DNA of 64,000 nt. It comes from an uncultured Nitrososphaerota archaeon (GTDB lineage: Archaea > Thermoproteota > Nitrososphaeria > Nitrososphaerales > Nitrosopumilaceae). Of this stretch, positions 31,294-41,256 are shown one piece after another. Positions within the stretch are counted from its first letter, which is position 1, and each line of letters begins with the position of its first letter. The DNA lies in assembly GCA_963701075.1 (NCBI GenBank), contig OY969559.1, positions 1,056,001 through 1,120,000 of the forward strand, written 5' to 3'. Under the pieces are notes generated by a model. It worked only from the letters and a program-made list of their open reading frames with translations. It had not been told where the DNA came from and made no database searches. The position numbers and the translations under genes were made by a program.

Positions 31294-31956
31294 TTATTCT
31301 TTGAGTAACTTTTTGATATTTTCTTCAAGAAAATCGTTTTGACCAAATCCGACATCTCTGAGTATTCCCTTCTTATCAATTAGAATGAAAGATGGTGTGC
31401 CTCGTAGAGCATACTGTTCAAATGTCTGGGCGGAATATTCTTTGTTTTTTAGATATTGCTTGACACGCTCAATGATATCTGACTTTTGATGCTCATTATA
31501 AGAGTCAAATCCTGGTACATTGGCTTCTATGATCTCATTTATTTTCTCTTGACTAATAGGACCTTCGTCTTTCTTTAAAATATCCATGCCGACCGGGAAT
31601 GGAATTTTGTATGGAAGTTTTTTTCCATCTACCAGTTGACCATATTGCCCTAATGCTCTGAGTGTCTCACCTATTGTTTCACCCGTTGTCAGAAGAAGTT
31701 CAAGGTTGTCGATGGTATTTTTATCAAAATCCTCAAACGCAGTTGAGATCCCGAGAACTGTGACACCGTCTTTACGGTACTTGTTGTAAATGTCAATTGC
31801 CTGTGGTATTGCATGTAGAAAACATCCTGGACAATTTACTTGGAATACTTCAACCAAAACAACATTGTCTTTTTCCTTATCTATGTTGGTAGGTAAACCT
31901 TGTACCCATTTTGAGACTCCGAGATTTGGTGCCTTTGAACCTATTTTTGCAATCAT
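31294..31956 (-). CDS. Thioredoxin-fold redoxin (TlpA-like)
   Basis: FQVNCPGC (CxxC) and RGTPSFILIDKKG. Confidence 0.8.
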   Translation of the reverse strand: MIAKIGSKAPNLGVSKWVQGLPTNIDKEKDNVVLVEVFQVNCPGCFLHAIPQAIDIYNKYRKDGVTVLGISTAFEDFDKNTIDNLELLLTTGETIGETLRALGQYGQLVDGKKLPYKIPFPVGMDILKKDEGPISQEKINEIIEANVPGFDSYNEHQKSDIIERVKQYLKNKEYSAQTFEQYALRGTPSFILIDKKGILRDVGFGQNDFLEENIKKLLKE

Positions 31957-32051
31957 GAATAACATCTAGAATTAATTTAGTATCTATTTCTTTGTAAGGT
32001 AAGGATGGAATGTGCGAAATTCTTTTATATGCGCAGCCTATAGCTAAAACC

Positions 32052-32432
32052 ATGTCGTCCAAGTTACCGGTAGTACTGTTGTTAACAGCAGTTCTGATGG
32101 CATCTGTTGCAGTATCAACTATTCCTGCATCAAATGCATTGATCCAGAGAGACTTCTCCTACCTAAATGATCAACAGATAACAGTGAGATACGGAGACAC
32201 CAAAGTTTGTGGCGATCACCTATGTGCACCTGGAGAATGGGATAAATTGCAAACATCAATTGCTAATGCTCAGCTTGGCAATCAAACTGGTGGAAAGAAT
32301 GCAACGACCACAACCATGGCACCTATGGCGTCTGGTACATCAAGTCTTTGCACTATGGTAAAGGCCGCACTTGCTAATGCAAATGCCAGTCCTACTATAA
32401 CACAAACAGTACTTTCACAACTAGGCTGTTAA
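32052..32432 (+). CDS. Secreted hypothetical protein
   Basis: Signal peptide, VCGDHLCAPGEW motif, Thr-rich linker and C-terminal Cys pair. Confidence 0.65.
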   Translation: MSSKLPVVLLLTAVLMASVAVSTIPASNALIQRDFSYLNDQQITVRYGDTKVCGDHLCAPGEWDKLQTSIANAQLGNQTGGKNATTTTMAPMASGTSSLCTMVKAALANANASPTITQTVLSQLGC

Positions 32433-32485
32433 AAGAATCAGTATTTCAAATCTCTTTTTTTAAAACACATCTCTGTAATTAAAAT

Positions 32486-33052
32486 TCAAAAGTTTACGTC
32501 AAAACCGCCAATGTCGCCCTGTCCACCATTACTGTGACCAAAATCTCCACTGCCATAGTCACCATGACCTATATCATGTCCACCGTCAGCATGATTCATG
32601 TCTGTTGAACCTGCGTCATACATGTACTGATCTGGCATAAAACTTGTCATGGCAAGACCCATGAATGACATCATTGATGAGAACATCATCATGTCCATGA
32701 TTCCCATGAACATCATGGTGGGCAGGATGGAACGATTATTATCTATGTGTTGTTGCAGCTTTTCTTTATCTCCCTTCTTCCAAAGAGTTACCATATGATC
32801 CCAGTTTTGTTGCATTTCGAATCTTCTTTCTTCTAATTCTCTTATTCCTTTATCGGTAAGAACAATCTCCTTCTTTGGACCGAAGAATCCTTTCTTTTCT
32901 ACCCTTGTGATCAGTCCCTTGCTTTCAAGGCGCTCCAGAAGACTGTTCACCGCTTTGCCTTCGATATGTGCTTTCTTTTCTATCTTATCTGATTTTCTAG
33001 CGCCTTGACTTATGGCACTTAGAACTATTACATCAGTTGGTTCTTCTTCCAT
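32486..33052 (-). CDS. Winged-helix (MarR-like) protein with Met-rich and His/Gly/Asp-rich tail
   Basis: LERLESKGLITR and LTDKG wHTH pattern, followed by MMFMGIMDMMMFSSMMSFMG. Confidence 0.7.
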   Translation of the reverse strand: MEEEPTDVIVLSAISQGARKSDKIEKKAHIEGKAVNSLLERLESKGLITRVEKKGFFGPKKEIVLTDKGIRELEERRFEMQQNWDHMVTLWKKGDKEKLQQHIDNNRSILPTMMFMGIMDMMMFSSMMSFMGLAMTSFMPDQYMYDAGSTDMNHADGGHDIGHGDYGSGDFGHSNGGQGDIGGFDVNF

Positions 33053-33126
33053 AAAATAAAGCACTGCATTTGTGCCTATAAATTGTTCCACGATAATCTA
33101 TTAAGAGGAACAATCATCACAAAATC

Positions 33127-33537
33127 ATGGAAAGGGATTTGCACTCTGATGAGCAAATAAAGAAAATCTACACATTAAAAAATATAGCCGTTGTAGGCAT
33201 GTCCAAGAATCCTGAAAAGGCGGCACATTATGTGCCAAAATATCTCGTAGAACAAGGATACAACATAATACCAGTTAATCCAACAACTAATGAGATTCTA
33301 GGAAAAAAATGTTATCCGAGTTTACTTGACGTCCCAGTTCAGGTGGATATCGTCGATGTTTTCAGACCGTCTGATCAAGTAAAACCTGTAGTTGAGGAAG
33401 CCATCAAAATAAAACCAAGAGTGATTTGGCTGCAAGAAGGAATCCATGATCCTGAAGCGGAATCACTAGCAAAAAAAGAAGGAATAGACGTTGTCTTCAA
33501 CCGGTGTATGCTTGCAGAACACCAGAGATTATTCTAG
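33127..33537 (+). CDS. CoA-binding protein (YccU-like)
   Basis: IAVVGMS, IIPVNP, VDIVDVFRP and WLQEGI. Confidence 0.9.
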   Translation: MERDLHSDEQIKKIYTLKNIAVVGMSKNPEKAAHYVPKYLVEQGYNIIPVNPTTNEILGKKCYPSLLDVPVQVDIVDVFRPSDQVKPVVEEAIKIKPRVIWLQEGIHDPEAESLAKKEGIDVVFNRCMLAEHQRLF

Positions 33538-33539
33538 AC

Positions 33540-33905
33540 ATGGTAGAAGATTTTGTAGAGTTTTATGATGCTCTTTCAGATCTGGTAAAATCATTTGAAC
33601 AAAAAAATGTGCTAATCAAGGTGGTGCCAGACATCGATTCCAATATTGTCAAGATATATGGTGAGAGATCAGATGCGCTTGCACGCGCAAAAACAGGACT
33701 TGAGGAAGTTGCAGAGCTTGCATATGATACAGCAGAACATCATCCATATTGGAATTTGTTGTATAATGGTTCACAAATCCTAAAAGTAGTTCTGGACAAA
33801 TGGAACAATACATTAACGGAAGAAGAACTTGGAGAAATCAAATGGTATGCAGACAAGATAAAAGACTCGCTTGGAAATGTCTCAAATGATCATCATCATG
33901 AATAA
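33540..33905 (+). CDS. Hypothetical protein
   Basis: Operonic ORF with an AEHHPYW motif. Confidence 0.6.
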   Translation: MVEDFVEFYDALSDLVKSFEQKNVLIKVVPDIDSNIVKIYGERSDALARAKTGLEEVAELAYDTAEHHPYWNLLYNGSQILKVVLDKWNNTLTEEELGEIKWYADKIKDSLGNVSNDHHHE

Positions 33906-33946
33906 TCTACAACAGAGATAAATAGCAAGCATTACGAGATGAGTTT

Positions 33947-35164
33947 ATGCCAATAAAAATTGGCCTTATCGGTAAAACAAATACTGGAAAAACTACATTT
34001 TTTAACGCTGCCACTCTGTCAGGTGGGGAGATCTCAACTTATCCCTTCACAACAAAGAAACCAGAGAGTGGCATAGGAAATGCAATAACTCCATGCGTTC
34101 ATACAGAATTTAATGTACAAGATAGTCCTCAAAACTCAAAATGTGTTGATGGGTGGAGATTCATACCAATCGAGCTCATCGATCTTCCGGGTCTTATAAA
34201 AGGAGCCTGGGCAGGAAAGGGACTGGGTAACAGATTTCTTTCTGTTGCAACTCAATCTGATGCCCTTTTGCATGTAGTGGATGTATCAGGGGGTGTGGAT
34301 GCCGCTGGGAGAATAACAGAGATTGGTCAAGGCGACCCGATTGCTGACGTATCAGATATTGAAGAAGAATTGATAATGTGGTATCAAAAACTTTTGGAAG
34401 GCAATAGAGACAAGATATCAAAACTTGTCAACTCTGAAACCGAGCCGGTTGTAGCAATCACTGACGTCTTCAGGGGTATAGGTGTCAAGGAAAGTCACGT
34501 AAAGGAGGCATTGAGGGTGACTGGTCTTGAAGGCAAGCACTTTGATAATTTTGATATGAATGATAGCAAAAAATTCTCTGCACATTTACGAAAGATCTCA
34601 AAACCCACGCTTATAGTAGCAAATAAAATTGACCTTGCAGGTGCAGACAAAAACTTTGATAGGCTGCGCGAAAAGCATGTAGACACAATAATTATACCTG
34701 CCAGCGCTGACAGCGAACTTTCTCTGAGACGTGCAGAACAGAAAGGCTTGATAAAGTATATTCCAGGCTCGGAACAGTTTGAAATACTTCACAAGGAGGC
34801 ATTAAACAAAAAACAACTCGAAGCTCTTGAGTTTATTACAAAAGGTATACTTGGAGAATATATGAGAACAGGTGTACAGTTTGCAATCAATGTTACCGTC
34901 TTCAAATTGCTGAAGATGAATTCGGTTTATCCTGTTGCAGATCCTGAGAAGCTATCCGACAAAAAAGGGCATATTCTTCCTAATCTTATTCTTATGAAAG
35001 ATGGCTCAACAATAGAAGATTTGGCAAAAGAAATTCACTCAGATCTTACAAAGGGCCTACTCTATGCAAAAGATGTCAGATATGGAGTGAGATTGCCGAC
35101 AAATTACCAATTGCGTGATAGGGATATAGTGTCGTTGGTAAGTGCACAGACAAAGAAATCTTAA
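33947..35164 (+). CDS. ychF: YchF/OBG-related GTPase/ATPase (archaeal)
   Basis: GKTNTGKT, YPFTT, DLPGLIKGA..GKGLGN, NKID and TGS domain. Confidence 0.85.
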   Translation: MPIKIGLIGKTNTGKTTFFNAATLSGGEISTYPFTTKKPESGIGNAITPCVHTEFNVQDSPQNSKCVDGWRFIPIELIDLPGLIKGAWAGKGLGNRFLSVATQSDALLHVVDVSGGVDAAGRITEIGQGDPIADVSDIEEELIMWYQKLLEGNRDKISKLVNSETEPVVAITDVFRGIGVKESHVKEALRVTGLEGKHFDNFDMNDSKKFSAHLRKISKPTLIVANKIDLAGADKNFDRLREKHVDTIIIPASADSELSLRRAEQKGLIKYIPGSEQFEILHKEALNKKQLEALEFITKGILGEYMRTGVQFAINVTVFKLLKMNSVYPVADPEKLSDKKGHILPNLILMKDGSTIEDLAKEIHSDLTKGLLYAKDVRYGVRLPTNYQLRDRDIVSLVSAQTKKS

Positions 35165-36567
35165 CTGCGCTCGGCACCGATTTTTTCCTGTTTCATCCAT
35201 AATGTTTTTTTCTTGTGATCGATTAGAACAATTCCCAAGCCTGATAGCTCTTTCCTAATGGTATCTGCACCCTGAAAGTTTTTTTGACTTCGTAATAGAT
35301 TGCGTTGATTGATAAGTTCATTTATTTTTGTTTTCTCCTCTGAGAAAACCTGTGATATCTTTAGGCCTAAAATGTCAAGCATTTGATCAAATACAGGTAA
35401 AACTGCATTAGAAAGGGAAGACACCATGTGTTCAGATGAAGCAATCTGATTTACTACCTTTACAAGTTTAAAAAACGCACTAGATGCAAGCGGCGTGTTA
35501 AAGTCTGAGTTTAGAGCTTCAGCAAACTCTTTCTTGGTTTCTTTCACTGTCTCTTCAATGAGTTTTACATCATCTGTGGAAGCCGATCCATCCTCTGACA
35601 AGACCAATTCATAATAACAATTCTCCACTTGGCGCCACTTTGTTATGGCCTCTCTTAACAAGTCTTCAGAATAATCGATGGGCTTAGAATAGTGACCTGA
35701 AAGGCAAAAAAGCCTGATTATGTTTGAACCCCATTTTTTTAGAACAAAATCTACCGACTTTGTATTTCCAAGAGACTTTGACATTTTCTCGCCATTTATT
35801 GTAACCATTCCTACATGCATCCAAATCTTGGCAAAATTCTTGCCTGAATACGATTCTGATTGAGCAATTTCATTTTCATGATGAGGAAAGATAAGGTCTC
35901 TTCCCCCTCCATGAATCTCAAAATTAGGCCCCAAGTATTTTAGACTCATAGCAGAGCATTCTATGTGCCATCCAGGTCTACCAGGTCCCCATGGACTTTC
36001 CCATTTTGGCTCGTCATTTGCAAACTTCCATAATGCAAAATCTAATGGATCATTTTTAGTCTCATCTATCTCTACGCGCGCGCCAGAGACTAACTCGTCA
36101 GTCTTTTTCTTTGAAAGCTTTCCATATTCGTGAAATTTTGATACCGAAAAATAAACCCCATTTGTTGACACGTACGCAAAATTTTTCTCAATTAATACTT
36201 TGATCAAATTAATCATATCTCCTATATGCTCTGTAGCTTTTGGATATCTATCTGCATGTCTTACATTGAGATTGTCAAACTCCTTGAAATAACTTGCAAT
36301 GTATTTTGAACTTATTTTATCCGCAGATACATTTTCTGCTCTTGCTCGATTTATTATCTTGTCATCTACATCAGTGAAGTTTTGAATGAATTCAACTTTG
36401 ATTCCCTGTGATTCTAGAAATCTGCGTAGAGTATCGAAAACTATGATTGTTCTAGCATGTCCTATATGACTATCATCATATACTGTGACACCGCAGAGGT
36501 AGATTCTTACCTTGTCTGATATGTCTAATTCCTTTTCTGCTACTGATAATGTATCAAAAATTTTCAA
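35161..36567 (-). CDS. cysS: Cysteine--tRNA ligase
   Basis: CGVTVYD..HIGH, GRPGWHIECS, HGGGRDLIFPHHENE and KMSKS. Confidence 0.95.
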   Translation of the reverse strand: MKIFDTLSVAEKELDISDKVRIYLCGVTVYDDSHIGHARTIIVFDTLRRFLESQGIKVEFIQNFTDVDDKIINRARAENVSADKISSKYIASYFKEFDNLNVRHADRYPKATEHIGDMINLIKVLIEKNFAYVSTNGVYFSVSKFHEYGKLSKKKTDELVSGARVEIDETKNDPLDFALWKFANDEPKWESPWGPGRPGWHIECSAMSLKYLGPNFEIHGGGRDLIFPHHENEIAQSESYSGKNFAKIWMHVGMVTINGEKMSKSLGNTKSVDFVLKKWGSNIIRLFCLSGHYSKPIDYSEDLLREAITKWRQVENCYYELVLSEDGSASTDDVKLIEETVKETKKEFAEALNSDFNTPLASSAFFKLVKVVNQIASSEHMVSSLSNAVLPVFDQMLDILGLKISQVFSEEKTKINELINQRNLLRSQKNFQGADTIRKELSGLGIVLIDHKKKTLWMKQEKIGAERS

Positions 36568-36581
36568 ACTTTATCATCTTA

Positions 36582-37370
36582 TCAAAGAACACATGTTTTG
36601 GGTGTTATTCTTTTATGCTCGCTTCTTTTGTGCATCTGGTAAATTTTATCCACATTTGAAATGGGTATTTCTGTGATCTTGGAAGTGTCCTCAATTGAGA
36701 GATTCTTGTCAATCACACAATGAAGAATGGAATCAATCTCTTCGTATGTCAGGCCAATCTCTGCCTCTGCCGTATGCCCTTCCCACAGTCGGGGGCCGCT
36801 TGGTTTTGATATTATGTTTGATGGAATGCCCAAAAATCTTGCAAATTCTCGAATCTGGGTTTTGTATAGTGAAACTATTGGTAAGAGGTCTGCGGCGCCA
36901 TCGCCATATTTTGTAAAATATCCTATCAAAAATTCGCTTCTATCTTCTGATCCGAGAACAAGATAATTTCTAGCATTGGCATAATAATACAAAATGTTTG
37001 ATCTAATCCTGGCACCCAAATTGCCAAATGCCAGTGGGCTTGGTTCAATGTACTTTGAGTACTCTTTGTGAATAAATCCAATATCAATTAACTTGTATTC
37101 AAGATGTGAACTGTCGACAATTTTGATTGCATCTTCTGTATCTGTCTGTGGTGTAATTTTAGAATCTGGCATTATCAACGCAAGTGATTTTTCTCTGACA
37201 AATTTTGCGCAAAGCATGGCAATAACGGCAGAGTCTATTCCTCCACTTAGACCAAATATTACTCCCTGTGATCTACGTTCTCTAATTTCTTCAACAAGAA
37301 ATGAACCAATTTTTTCTTGTATGGCGTTGAAATCTTTTTTTGTGATCTCATCTAGTATTTTTAGATTCAA
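36582..37370 (-). CDS. nadE: NH3-dependent NAD+ synthetase
   Basis: GLSGGIDSA, GYFTKYGDGA and SEHKR. Confidence 0.92.
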   Translation of the reverse strand: MNLKILDEITKKDFNAIQEKIGSFLVEEIRERRSQGVIFGLSGGIDSAVIAMLCAKFVREKSLALIMPDSKITPQTDTEDAIKIVDSSHLEYKLIDIGFIHKEYSKYIEPSPLAFGNLGARIRSNILYYYANARNYLVLGSEDRSEFLIGYFTKYGDGAADLLPIVSLYKTQIREFARFLGIPSNIISKPSGPRLWEGHTAEAEIGLTYEEIDSILHCVIDKNLSIEDTSKITEIPISNVDKIYQMHKRSEHKRITPKTCVL

Positions 37371-37432
37371 CGTTTGTTAAAATTATTCTAAAGAATTAAA
37401 CTTTTTCAAGTATTTTTTACATTAAGTGTTTT

Positions 37433-37645
37433 TCATTGCGATTTTTCGGGATTTGCACATTTCTGAACTCGTCCTATTTTGCCATTATCTAATTCTACCT
37501 TAATTCCATGAGGATGAGAGTTACTTGAAGTAAGGATTCTCTTGACCACCCCTCTAGTCAAAACACCTGTGCGTTGGTCTTGTTTTTGTACTATCAGTAC
37601 ACTTGTTCCAATTTTTATTTCATCTCTTGAAGGAGATTTGGTCAT
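37433..37645 (-). CDS. YwbE/DUF2196 family protein
   Basis: KQDQRTG.LTRG.V..ILT and HPHGIKV.L..G.IGRV. Confidence 0.85.
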   Translation of the reverse strand: MTKSPSRDEIKIGTSVLIVQKQDQRTGVLTRGVVKRILTSSNSHPHGIKVELDNGKIGRVQKCANPEKSQ

Positions 37646-37954
37646 GATGACTTGATGACAATTGTATGTCTTAAACTAAGCTAAACCTGTGAGACATTTT
37701 TTCATGTGTTATAGTTTTTTTATGAGTGTCTGTAACATTAACTGTTGAATGATTTCATTGCAAGATGTAGGTCTTGCAATACTAGAGTCTTTATCCCTGA
37801 TCAGGGGCCTTGTACAGATTTAGAGTATATGGAATACATTAATGCATACAACAAACAATGCAAATGTGGTAAAAACGACTGGGAGATTCTTTCCTAGTGT
37901 ACCATATCGTGTAATAACTGTGTAGAGATTTCTGTGGTAAATTAGTTAAACTTG

Positions 37955-38257
37955 TTATATATCTAGATAAATACCGTCATTTTTTACTTCAACTTTGTAT
38001 GTTTGAAGTTTCACTCCTTTGATATAATCTAAAAGCTCTCCTGTTTTGATGTTGTAGTGCCATAAATGAAGTGGACACTCTACTATATCGCCGTCTATCT
38101 TGCCGGGTGCAAGAGATCCATCCTGATGTACGCAAACTGAATCTAGCGCATGAAAACCGTCTTGATTGAATATCGCAATTTTTTTACCATCTACCGAAAA
38201 CTCTCTACCTTTTCCTAGTGCAATTTCGTTCTTTTCTGCCACTTTTTTCCAGACCAT
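37955..38257 (-). CDS. Rieske [2Fe-2S] ferredoxin
   Basis: CVHQ and CPLH ligand motifs. Confidence 0.85.
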   Translation of the reverse strand: MVWKKVAEKNEIALGKGREFSVDGKKIAIFNQDGFHALDSVCVHQDGSLAPGKIDGDIVECPLHLWHYNIKTGELLDYIKGVKLQTYKVEVKNDGIYLDI

Positions 38258-38337
38258 ATTTTTTTAAGCAAAACACATCCAATATTTAGATTGTTATTTT
38301 TGATAACATTTTATACCCCTGAAATTTGAGATGCCTT

Positions 38338-39579
38338 ATGAGTCAGGTAAAGGATCCAAGCCTAGCAGAAAAAGGAAAGATGTCATACGAATGGGCACGG
38401 GATCACATGCAAATTCTCACTAATACAATTGGAAGATTAAAGAGATCTCAGCCTCTCAAAGGACTGCGCATAGGAATATGCCTGCATATTACAAAAGAAA
38501 CATCTGTCTTGATCATGGGTGCAAAGGAGTTGGGTGCTGATGTAAGTGCCTGCGCAGCAAACCCTCTTTCAACACAGGATGACATAGCTGCATTTTTAGC
38601 TGAAAATGGAATCCACATTTATGCTTGGACCGGACAAACCTCAGAAGAATATGACTGGTGCATTGAACAGATGCTAAGTCATAACCCGCAGATTCTAACA
38701 GATGATGGTTCTGACAGTCATAGCAAAATACATGGAAATAAAAAATTTGCGTCAATGAAAGTCATGGGAGGAACAGAAGAGACAACAACTGGTGTTATAC
38801 GATTGAAGGCCCTTGCAAAAGAAAAGAAACTCAAGTATCCTGTAATTGCTGTCAATGACGCATATACAAAACACATGTTTGACAATAGATATGGAACAGG
38901 CCAGAGTACAATTGATGGATATCTCAGATCAATGAATTTACTATTTGCAGGAAAACGTATTGTTGTAGCAGGCTATGGATGGGTAGGAAGAGGCGTTGCA
39001 TCCAGATGTCGTGGAATGGGAGCCAAAGTCTGCGTTACTGAAGTCGATCCGGTGAGAGCTTTGGAAGCTCATATGGATGGTTTTGAAGTTGCACCAATGG
39101 CCGAAGCCGCAAAAACGGGAGAGATATTCATTACCGCGACGGGCCAAACTGGAATCATTAGAAAAGAGCATATCTTGACTATGAGAAACGGTGCCATCAT
39201 GGGTAACGTGGGTCACTTTGATGTTGAAGTTGATGCCAAGTTTTTACTAAATGAATCAAAATCAGTACGAGAAGTTCGTCCAAATCTAGATGAATGTTTA
39301 TTAAAAAATGGAAAGCGCGTTTATCTTATTGGAAAAGGAAGAATTGCTAATCTTGTTGCAGCAGAAGGACACCCACCGGAAGTTATGGCACAATCGTTTT
39401 CAAATCAATTGCTGTCCATGATTTACATTGCAAAGAATCACAAAAAGATAGGAAAGAATGTAATCACAGTTCCCCAAGAAATTGACATACAGATTGCAAT
39501 TGATGCACTCAAAGCAATGAATGTGAACATGGACAAACCAACTGCAGCCCAGATAAAATACGGCCAAAGTTGGGCATAG
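38338..39579 (+). CDS. ahcY: Adenosylhomocysteinase
   Basis: EETTTG, KHMFDNRYGTGQS, GYGWVGRG, GHFDVE and AEGHP. Confidence 0.95.
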   Translation: MSQVKDPSLAEKGKMSYEWARDHMQILTNTIGRLKRSQPLKGLRIGICLHITKETSVLIMGAKELGADVSACAANPLSTQDDIAAFLAENGIHIYAWTGQTSEEYDWCIEQMLSHNPQILTDDGSDSHSKIHGNKKFASMKVMGGTEETTTGVIRLKALAKEKKLKYPVIAVNDAYTKHMFDNRYGTGQSTIDGYLRSMNLLFAGKRIVVAGYGWVGRGVASRCRGMGAKVCVTEVDPVRALEAHMDGFEVAPMAEAAKTGEIFITATGQTGIIRKEHILTMRNGAIMGNVGHFDVEVDAKFLLNESKSVREVRPNLDECLLKNGKRVYLIGKGRIANLVAAEGHPPEVMAQSFSNQLLSMIYIAKNHKKIGKNVITVPQEIDIQIAIDALKAMNVNMDKPTAAQIKYGQSWA

Positions 39580-39609
39580 CTTAAATCACGCACAAACTTT
39601 ATTCAGATA

Positions 39610-41256
39610 ATGAAAAAGGCAATTATAACAAGTGCGTTGCCATATGCCAATGGCGAGATACATCTTGGTCATGTTGCCTCGACTTACTTGCCTGCTGATA
39701 TCACAACAAGATTTCTCAAGCTTACTGGCACAGAGGCATATTACATATGTGCATCAGATGACTATGGCACACCAATTTTAATTCAAGCTGAAAAAGAAAA
39801 AAAGACACCAGAGGAATATGTCAAAGTCTGGAATAAAAGAGATTATGATGATTTTACTGCATTTGGAATAGGATTTGATCTATTCTACAGAACAAGCTCT
39901 CCTGAAAATGTTGCCTTTGTACAAGACGTATTCAAAAAATTAATGGAAAATGGTCACATTTACGAACAAGAGATTATACAATTCTATTGTAAAGTTGACA
40001 AAAAGTTTTTGCCAGATAGGTACGTGATAGGACGATGCCCCTATTGTAAGGCTGAAGAACAATATTCTGACCTATGTGAAAAATGTGGGAGAGTACCACA
40101 AGAGATAGAAGAGCCCAAATGTTCAATTTGCAAGAATCCTCCAACAAAAGAGAAGACCAAGCATTACTTTTTCAAACTGACAAACTTTGTAAACGAATTA
40201 AATGAATGGCTTGCAGGCGACTCTCATCTTCAAAAGGACGTAAAAAAATACGTACAAAATTGGATAAAAGATGGCTTGGTAGATTGGGATATTACAAGAG
40301 ACATCACATGGGGGGTGCCTATTCCGCTTGAAGCAGCCAAGGGTCAAGTCTTCTATGGCTGGTTTGACAATCACCTTGCATACATTTCTTCAGCACTAAA
40401 GTTTCTAAATGACAAGGGGATAGATGGCAAAGAATTTTGGAACTCTGCAGATATTTACCATTTTATTGGTAAAGATATAGTGTATCATCACTATCTGTTT
40501 TTACCTGCAATGAGATTTGGAATAAAAAAAGAGTACAAACTTCCCGACTATATCCCAACTAGGGGGCATCTCATGCTGCAATCAAAAAAGATCTCAAAGA
40601 GCCGTAACTGGTATATTGGCCTAAAAGATTTTCTTCAAATTTATCCATCTGATTATCTACGATTCTATCTGACATTGATTACCCCGTATAGTCAAGATGA
40701 TCTTAATTTTGATTGGGATGAGTTTGCAGTGAGGATAAACTCTGAGCTCATAGGAAACATTGGTAACTTTGTCAATCGGGCGCTTGGCTTTACAAAAAAG
40801 AGTACTGGAGGTATAATACCCCCCACTGATGGTCTTGACTCTGCTGATAACGAAGCACAAGACAAGATCGAAAGCTTGGTAAATGAAATGACACCGCTAA
40901 TGGAAGAAAACAATCTTGATAGGGCACTTAAGAAGATCTTGGAGTTTTCTGCATACTTTAACCAATACTTTCAGAAAAAGGAACCGTGGAAAGGAGGAAC
41001 AGGTACAAACAATTGCATATTCATTTCAGTGCACGCAGTACGTTCTATCGCAATAGCGCTTTATCCATTTTTACCAGAATCATCCCAGAGAATATGGTCT
41101 CAACTCAACTTGGCGGGAAATGTATCAGAGCAACCATGGCATTCTATGTCTGAAATTATGATAACACCAGGTCATAATCTGGGTGAGGCTTCTCCACTTT
41201 TCAAGAAAGTAGAGTCTGCTGATATTCAGGTGCATAAATCAAAACTTGGACAGTAA
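39610..41256 (+). CDS. metG: Methionine--tRNA ligase
   Basis: ALPYANG..HLGH, zinc knuckles, IGKDI and KISKS. Confidence 0.95.
   Translation: MKKAIITSALPYANGEIHLGHVASTYLPADITTRFLKLTGTEAYYICASDDYGTPILIQAEKEKKTPEEYVKVWNKRDYDDFTAFGIGFDLFYRTSSPENVAFVQDVFKKLMENGHIYEQEIIQFYCKVDKKFLPDRYVIGRCPYCKAEEQYSDLCEKCGRVPQEIEEPKCSICKNPPTKEKTKHYFFKLTNFVNELNEWLAGDSHLQKDVKKYVQNWIKDGLVDWDITRDITWGVPIPLEAAKGQVFYGWFDNHLAYISSALKFLNDKGIDGKEFWNSADIYHFIGKDIVYHHYLFLPAMRFGIKKEYKLPDYIPTRGHLMLQSKKISKSRNWYIGLKDFLQIYPSDYLRFYLTLITPYSQDDLNFDWDEFAVRINSELIGNIGNFVNRALGFTKKSTGGIIPPTDGLDSADNEAQDKIESLVNEMTPLMEENNLDRALKKILEFSAYFNQYFQKKEPWKGGTGTNNCIFISVHAVRSIAIALYPFLPESSQRIWSQLNLAGNVSEQPWHSMSEIMITPGHNLGEASPLFKKVESADIQVHKSKLGQ

Noticed and set aside
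37749-37823. 24-aa hydrophobic sORF MISLQDVGLAILESLSLIRGLVQI
   Set aside because: Too short and motif-free to support without conservation or expression data.
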